This document shows positions 60,688-64,000 of a stretch of DNA of 64,000 bases, one piece after another; the first letter of the stretch is position 1; each line of letters opens with the position of its first letter. A model generated the notes under the pieces. It made no database searches. It had not been told where the DNA came from and saw only the letters and a program-made list of their open reading frames with translations. Source of the DNA: an uncultured Rhodospirillaceae bacterium (lineage in GTDB: Bacteria > Pseudomonadota > Alphaproteobacteria > MPNO01 > UBA2964); assembly GCA_913052165.1 (NCBI GenBank), contig CAJXEC010000001.1:30056-94055 (forward strand). The letters are read 5' to 3'. The translations under genes were made by a program, and so were the position numbers.

Positions 60688-61377
60688 TTACGCGGCAGAT
60701 GCTTTAGGTAAGAATTGCTTCACCCATTTTCCATTATTGCGCACCTGCTCCTCCCATACTTGATAGAATTCAGGAACTACTCCTCTCAACACAGCTGGAT
60801 AGCTTATCAGAGCGTCCCGCCATGCGGAAAGCAAAGGTAAATCGTCGAGAAGCCCTGTGGGCCTTACGCGGTCAAGAAACGTAAATCGCATTAAAGCCGG
60901 CGCGTAGGCAGCATCGACCAATGAGAACTCCACGCCATTAAAGAAAGGACCTTGATTGCCCCGCTTTGACAAAGCACCTTCCAGACGGCTGGCGGGAACT
61001 CTGGCTTTTTCTACTCGGGCGTTAAAGTCGTCCTCATCAAAAGCATTAGAGATGTGGGTAATTTGACTGAAAGTCGGCACAAAGTCTGTCCAGGCACGAT
61101 TTTGGGCGCGCAAAATAGGATCTTTAGGATGGAGACGTGGTTCTGCAATTTCATCAAGAAATTCCGCAATCGCATTAGACTCAAATAATGCTGTCTCTCC
61201 ATCTATGATTAAAACTGGTACCTTCGAGTGGGGCGATATCTCCAGAAACCAATCAGGCCGATTAGCGCGATCAATGTATTCTATTTCATATTCAATGCCT
61301 TTTTCTTGAAGTACAATCGCAGCCCGGTGGACCCAGGGACAAGTTTTGAAACTGCAAAGCTTAAATCTCGTTTTCAT
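60688..61377 (-). CDS. Glutathione S-transferase (Cys-type, omega-like)
   Basis: CPWVHR, PDWFLEISPHSKVP, FESNAIAEFLDE, FSLVD. Start 61377 or 61389. Confidence 0.9.
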   Translation of the reverse strand: MKTRFKLCSFKTCPWVHRAAIVLQEKGIEYEIEYIDRANRPDWFLEISPHSKVPVLIIDGETALFESNAIAEFLDEIAEPRLHPKDPILRAQNRAWTDFVPTFSQITHISNAFDEDDFNARVEKARVPASRLEGALSKRGNQGPFFNGVEFSLVDAAYAPALMRFTFLDRVRPTGLLDDLPLLSAWRDALISYPAVLRGVVPEFYQVWEEQVRNNGKWVKQFLPKASAA

Positions 61378-61434
61378 CTTATCCTCCAATATATTTGACC
61401 AAAATATATGGTGCAGTAAATTGTAGAAAAATCA

Positions 61435-62307
61435 TCAAATTTCCCTGCGAGATGCCAGTGATTCTCTATGGGCGATATAAATAGAAGCAGCAAAGATTAT
61501 CGCACCTCCAACCCACACCCAAAAATCTGGTAACTCAGAGAAGACAAACCAACCAATTAATGCCGCAAAGGGCAACCTTGAAAAATCATATGGCAAAACC
61601 GCGGTGGCATCAGCTGCTGCAAACGCTCGAGACAAGAACCTTTGATTGAGTGTTGCAAAGAAACCAATGGCCAACAAAAAACTAAGCTGTTCCCATGAGG
61701 GGGTAACCCAGACAAATACTGTCGGTAAAGCTATTAGGGGGGTCACATATAACATTAGAAATAGCACCGCAGTATCGGGATGATCTTTTCTTGTTGTATA
61801 TTTTACCAGAGCATTACTAGCCCCGTTTGTCATAGCGCCAATTAGAACCAGCACTGCACCTAAATTCATCGCATCGAACCCTGGCCTAAGTATTATGATC
61901 GCACCAACAAAACCAATACCCAGTGCGGCTATACGGCGCGCCCGAATTTTCTCGCCCAAAAACACCACAACCAAAGCCGCAGCAAAAAGAGGAGACGTAA
62001 AAATCAATGCTTGGGAATCTGATACCGGGATCATCGCTGCACCGGAAAAGTAGCTCATAACAAAAGCAACGCCAATTAAGCCGCGCAAAGCATAAAACTT
62101 ATGGTTTTCAGTTTGAAAAACGGTCGGTCCTGTTCGTAAAACAAAAGGAACCATAAGTATAAGGTTCGTTATTGTGCGAAAAAAACCGATTTCAAATGGG
62201 TGTATTTCCTGTGCAATGACTCTTATTAAAGCGGTCATAATCGTGAAGCTAGCCGCGGCCCCCATCATATATAGGCCGCCGCGAAGTGCTGGCGCCATGT
62301 TAGTCAA
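61435..62307 (-). CDS. DMT/EamA family transporter
   Basis: About 10 TM segments; FTSPLF, GFVGAIIILRPG, ADATAVLPYDFSRLP. Confidence 0.88.
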   Translation of the reverse strand: MTNMAPALRGGLYMMGAAASFTIMTALIRVIAQEIHPFEIGFFRTITNLILMVPFVLRTGPTVFQTENHKFYALRGLIGVAFVMSYFSGAAMIPVSDSQALIFTSPLFAAALVVVFLGEKIRARRIAALGIGFVGAIIILRPGFDAMNLGAVLVLIGAMTNGASNALVKYTTRKDHPDTAVLFLMLYVTPLIALPTVFVWVTPSWEQLSFLLAIGFFATLNQRFLSRAFAAADATAVLPYDFSRLPFAALIGWFVFSELPDFWVWVGGAIIFAASIYIAHRESLASRREI

Positions 62308-62441
62308 TAATAATCCTCAGGTTTTATTTCTCTGAACTTACCAGGAATTTAGAAGACAAAAGAAACGTCGAGCCCTCAAATCTAATACCCAGAAATATAA
62401 AATTTAAAATTTACATTCTCCAGGATTGCTTTTTTTAACCA

Positions 62442-63998
62442 TCAGACATAGCCCCACTCTTGATCTCGCTGCCTATCTTCCTCTTTACGGTCATCGGGGT
62501 CGCCATATCCGCCTCCCCCTGCAGCCTCTATCCTCATAGTTGCACCAATCTCGAGATCAAGCCTCGTGGTTATTGGCATTTCTTTTTCGTTATGCTGACC
62601 CGGGTTAATTATAAAACGACTAGGTCTTCCGGGCTGCCCTCCTGCTACCCCCTTGGGCCGACGGGCCGCCCGGTCGCCTCTAAAAATTACCATTGCAGGC
62701 TGCAGAATTTCATAATCACGCCGCATCGCCAAACCGCCACGATACTGACCATCTCCACCTGAACCAGGTATAAGCTCGTATCGCGTTACGCGACATGGAA
62801 ATTCCGTTTCTACTATCTCAATCGGGGTGACGTAAATATTTGAAAGATGGACTGTCGTGCCTGATGTGCCATCCTGAGTAGCTGAACCACCGTAGGCTGA
62901 ACCATATATTTCATACTGGTTACCTCTCGGCACTCGGTCGGTGCCACGCCAATCGATGGTAAGCCCGCCGCCGCTACCCCCACTGTAAGCTGCCGCTCGC
63001 TCAGGAACAAAAACTCCGAAAGCCTCCAAAAGCATGTCAATCACGGTCATGCATGTTTTCATATAAGAACTGCACGGAGCAGGTGGATAAGGATCCACAA
63101 CTGTTCCTTGTTTTGTCTCCAGTCTGACACAGTCGAATGCCGCATCCGAATACCGGAGATTAGGGTCGAGCATTCCAATTAAAACTTGGAAACAACAAGC
63201 TTCAATCAACCCACGACGAATATTTACAGGTCCCTTTCCTTGGGGATCACTCCCTGAAAAATCAAAAGAGACCTCGCCATTTGCAACGTTCACTTTGACA
63301 TGCATCCTGACAGGCTTAGAAAAATCAATGCCGTCACTGTCAAGGAATGACTCTGCTTCTGATTGGCCCGCAGGCAACTTTGATAAGGCAGCCCGAAACT
63401 CAGTAGCCGCTGCCAAAATCATCCCCTCTATACAATTCAAAACGGTGTCTGTGCCGTATTCAGAACAAATTTCCAGCAGCCTATTGCGTCCAATTCCTAT
63501 GGCTGCAACCTGACCACGCAAATCACCCAGTGTCGTCTCAGGAAAACGGCTATTTGTCCGAATAAGACGCTCTATGTCGCGATTCAATTCACCCGCACGA
63601 TAAAACTGTACTGGCGGATATAAAATTCCCTCTTGGAAAATCTCGGTAGCCTGGCCCCAAGTGGAGCCGGGAACTGTGCCACCAACGTCAGCCTTGTGCG
63701 CGATGCTACCGGAAAACCCAATCAACACTCCGTCTTTGAAGATTGGCATAATCACACCCATGTCGGGAATATGAGGTAGGTTGCCATCATACGGATGATT
63801 CGAAACAAAGATATCGCCATCTTCGAGGCCTGAGTCCCCGTAAATTTCTAAAATTCGACTTACCAGATATTTATAGGCCGTCGAATGAAAGAACATAGGC
63901 GGCGCGACAAGAATGCGGCCCTTTGGGTCAAGTATTACACAGGAAAAGTCTCTCGACTCGCGGACAATCGTTGAATACCCCGACCGAAAGAAATGGTG
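62442..63998 (-). CDS. Hydantoinase B / 5-oxoprolinase family protein, 5'-truncated by window edge
   Basis: Frame is open to the edge (RSGYSTIVRESRDFSC). NHPYDGNLPHIPD, HKADVGG, EIFQEG, TPIEIVE, SGGDGQYRGG, GGGGYGDP. Confidence 0.9.
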   Translation of the reverse strand, partial: HHFFRSGYSTIVRESRDFSCVILDPKGRILVAPPMFFHSTAYKYLVSRILEIYGDSGLEDGDIFVSNHPYDGNLPHIPDMGVIMPIFKDGVLIGFSGSIAHKADVGGTVPGSTWGQATEIFQEGILYPPVQFYRAGELNRDIERLIRTNSRFPETTLGDLRGQVAAIGIGRNRLLEICSEYGTDTVLNCIEGMILAAATEFRAALSKLPAGQSEAESFLDSDGIDFSKPVRMHVKVNVANGEVSFDFSGSDPQGKGPVNIRRGLIEACCFQVLIGMLDPNLRYSDAAFDCVRLETKQGTVVDPYPPAPCSSYMKTCMTVIDMLLEAFGVFVPERAAAYSGGSGGGLTIDWRGTDRVPRGNQYEIYGSAYGGSATQDGTSGTTVHLSNIYVTPIEIVETEFPCRVTRYELIPGSGGDGQYRGGLAMRRDYEILQPAMVIFRGDRAARRPKGVAGGQPGRPSRFIINPGQHNEKEMPITTRLDLEIGATMRIEAAGGGGYGDPDDRKEEDRQRDQEWGYV

Positions 63999-64000
63999 GT

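Noticed and set aside
1..64000. Numerous 60-170 aa ORFs antisense to or nested in confident genes; CRISPR arrays, IS elements, rRNA
   Set aside because: The short ORFs lack motifs and overlap well-supported genes. No repeat-spacer arrays, transposases or rRNA-like sequence were seen.

Overview
Gene-dense 64 kb chromosomal segment of an alphaproteobacterium. Gene order and content (argD-argF-hslO, rpmH-rnpA-yidD-yidC-engB-argB, dapD-dapE, def-fmt-truA, ffs-dnaX-ybaB-recR, kdsB-pheA/cycM, yejA-yejA-yejB-yejE-yejF, SAM-II riboswitch) suggest a Rhodospirillales-like organism; that placement is inference. Most of the window is housekeeping: about 60 CDS, tRNA-Arg(ACG), SRP RNA and a SAM-II riboswitch ahead of metZ. 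I found no mobile element, CRISPR array or rRNA. The most interesting stretch is an accessory block at about 11.8-20.5 kb next to tRNA-Arg. It holds two CoxL/xanthine-dehydrogenase-type molybdoenzyme large subunits with no small or medium subunits in the window, an SDR, a possible decayed TRAP permease, CoxG and a SnoaL-fold protein. It also holds a full-length SenA/EgtB-like gene whose HxxxHxE iron-binding motif reads RxxxWxE. Other oddities: an in-frame TAA in folE, a SAM-II riboswitch wired to an intrinsic terminator with a visible antiterminator, and two separate EamA+GST clusters with a glutathione-turnover theme. All assignments come from motif recognition by eye; no database searches were run.
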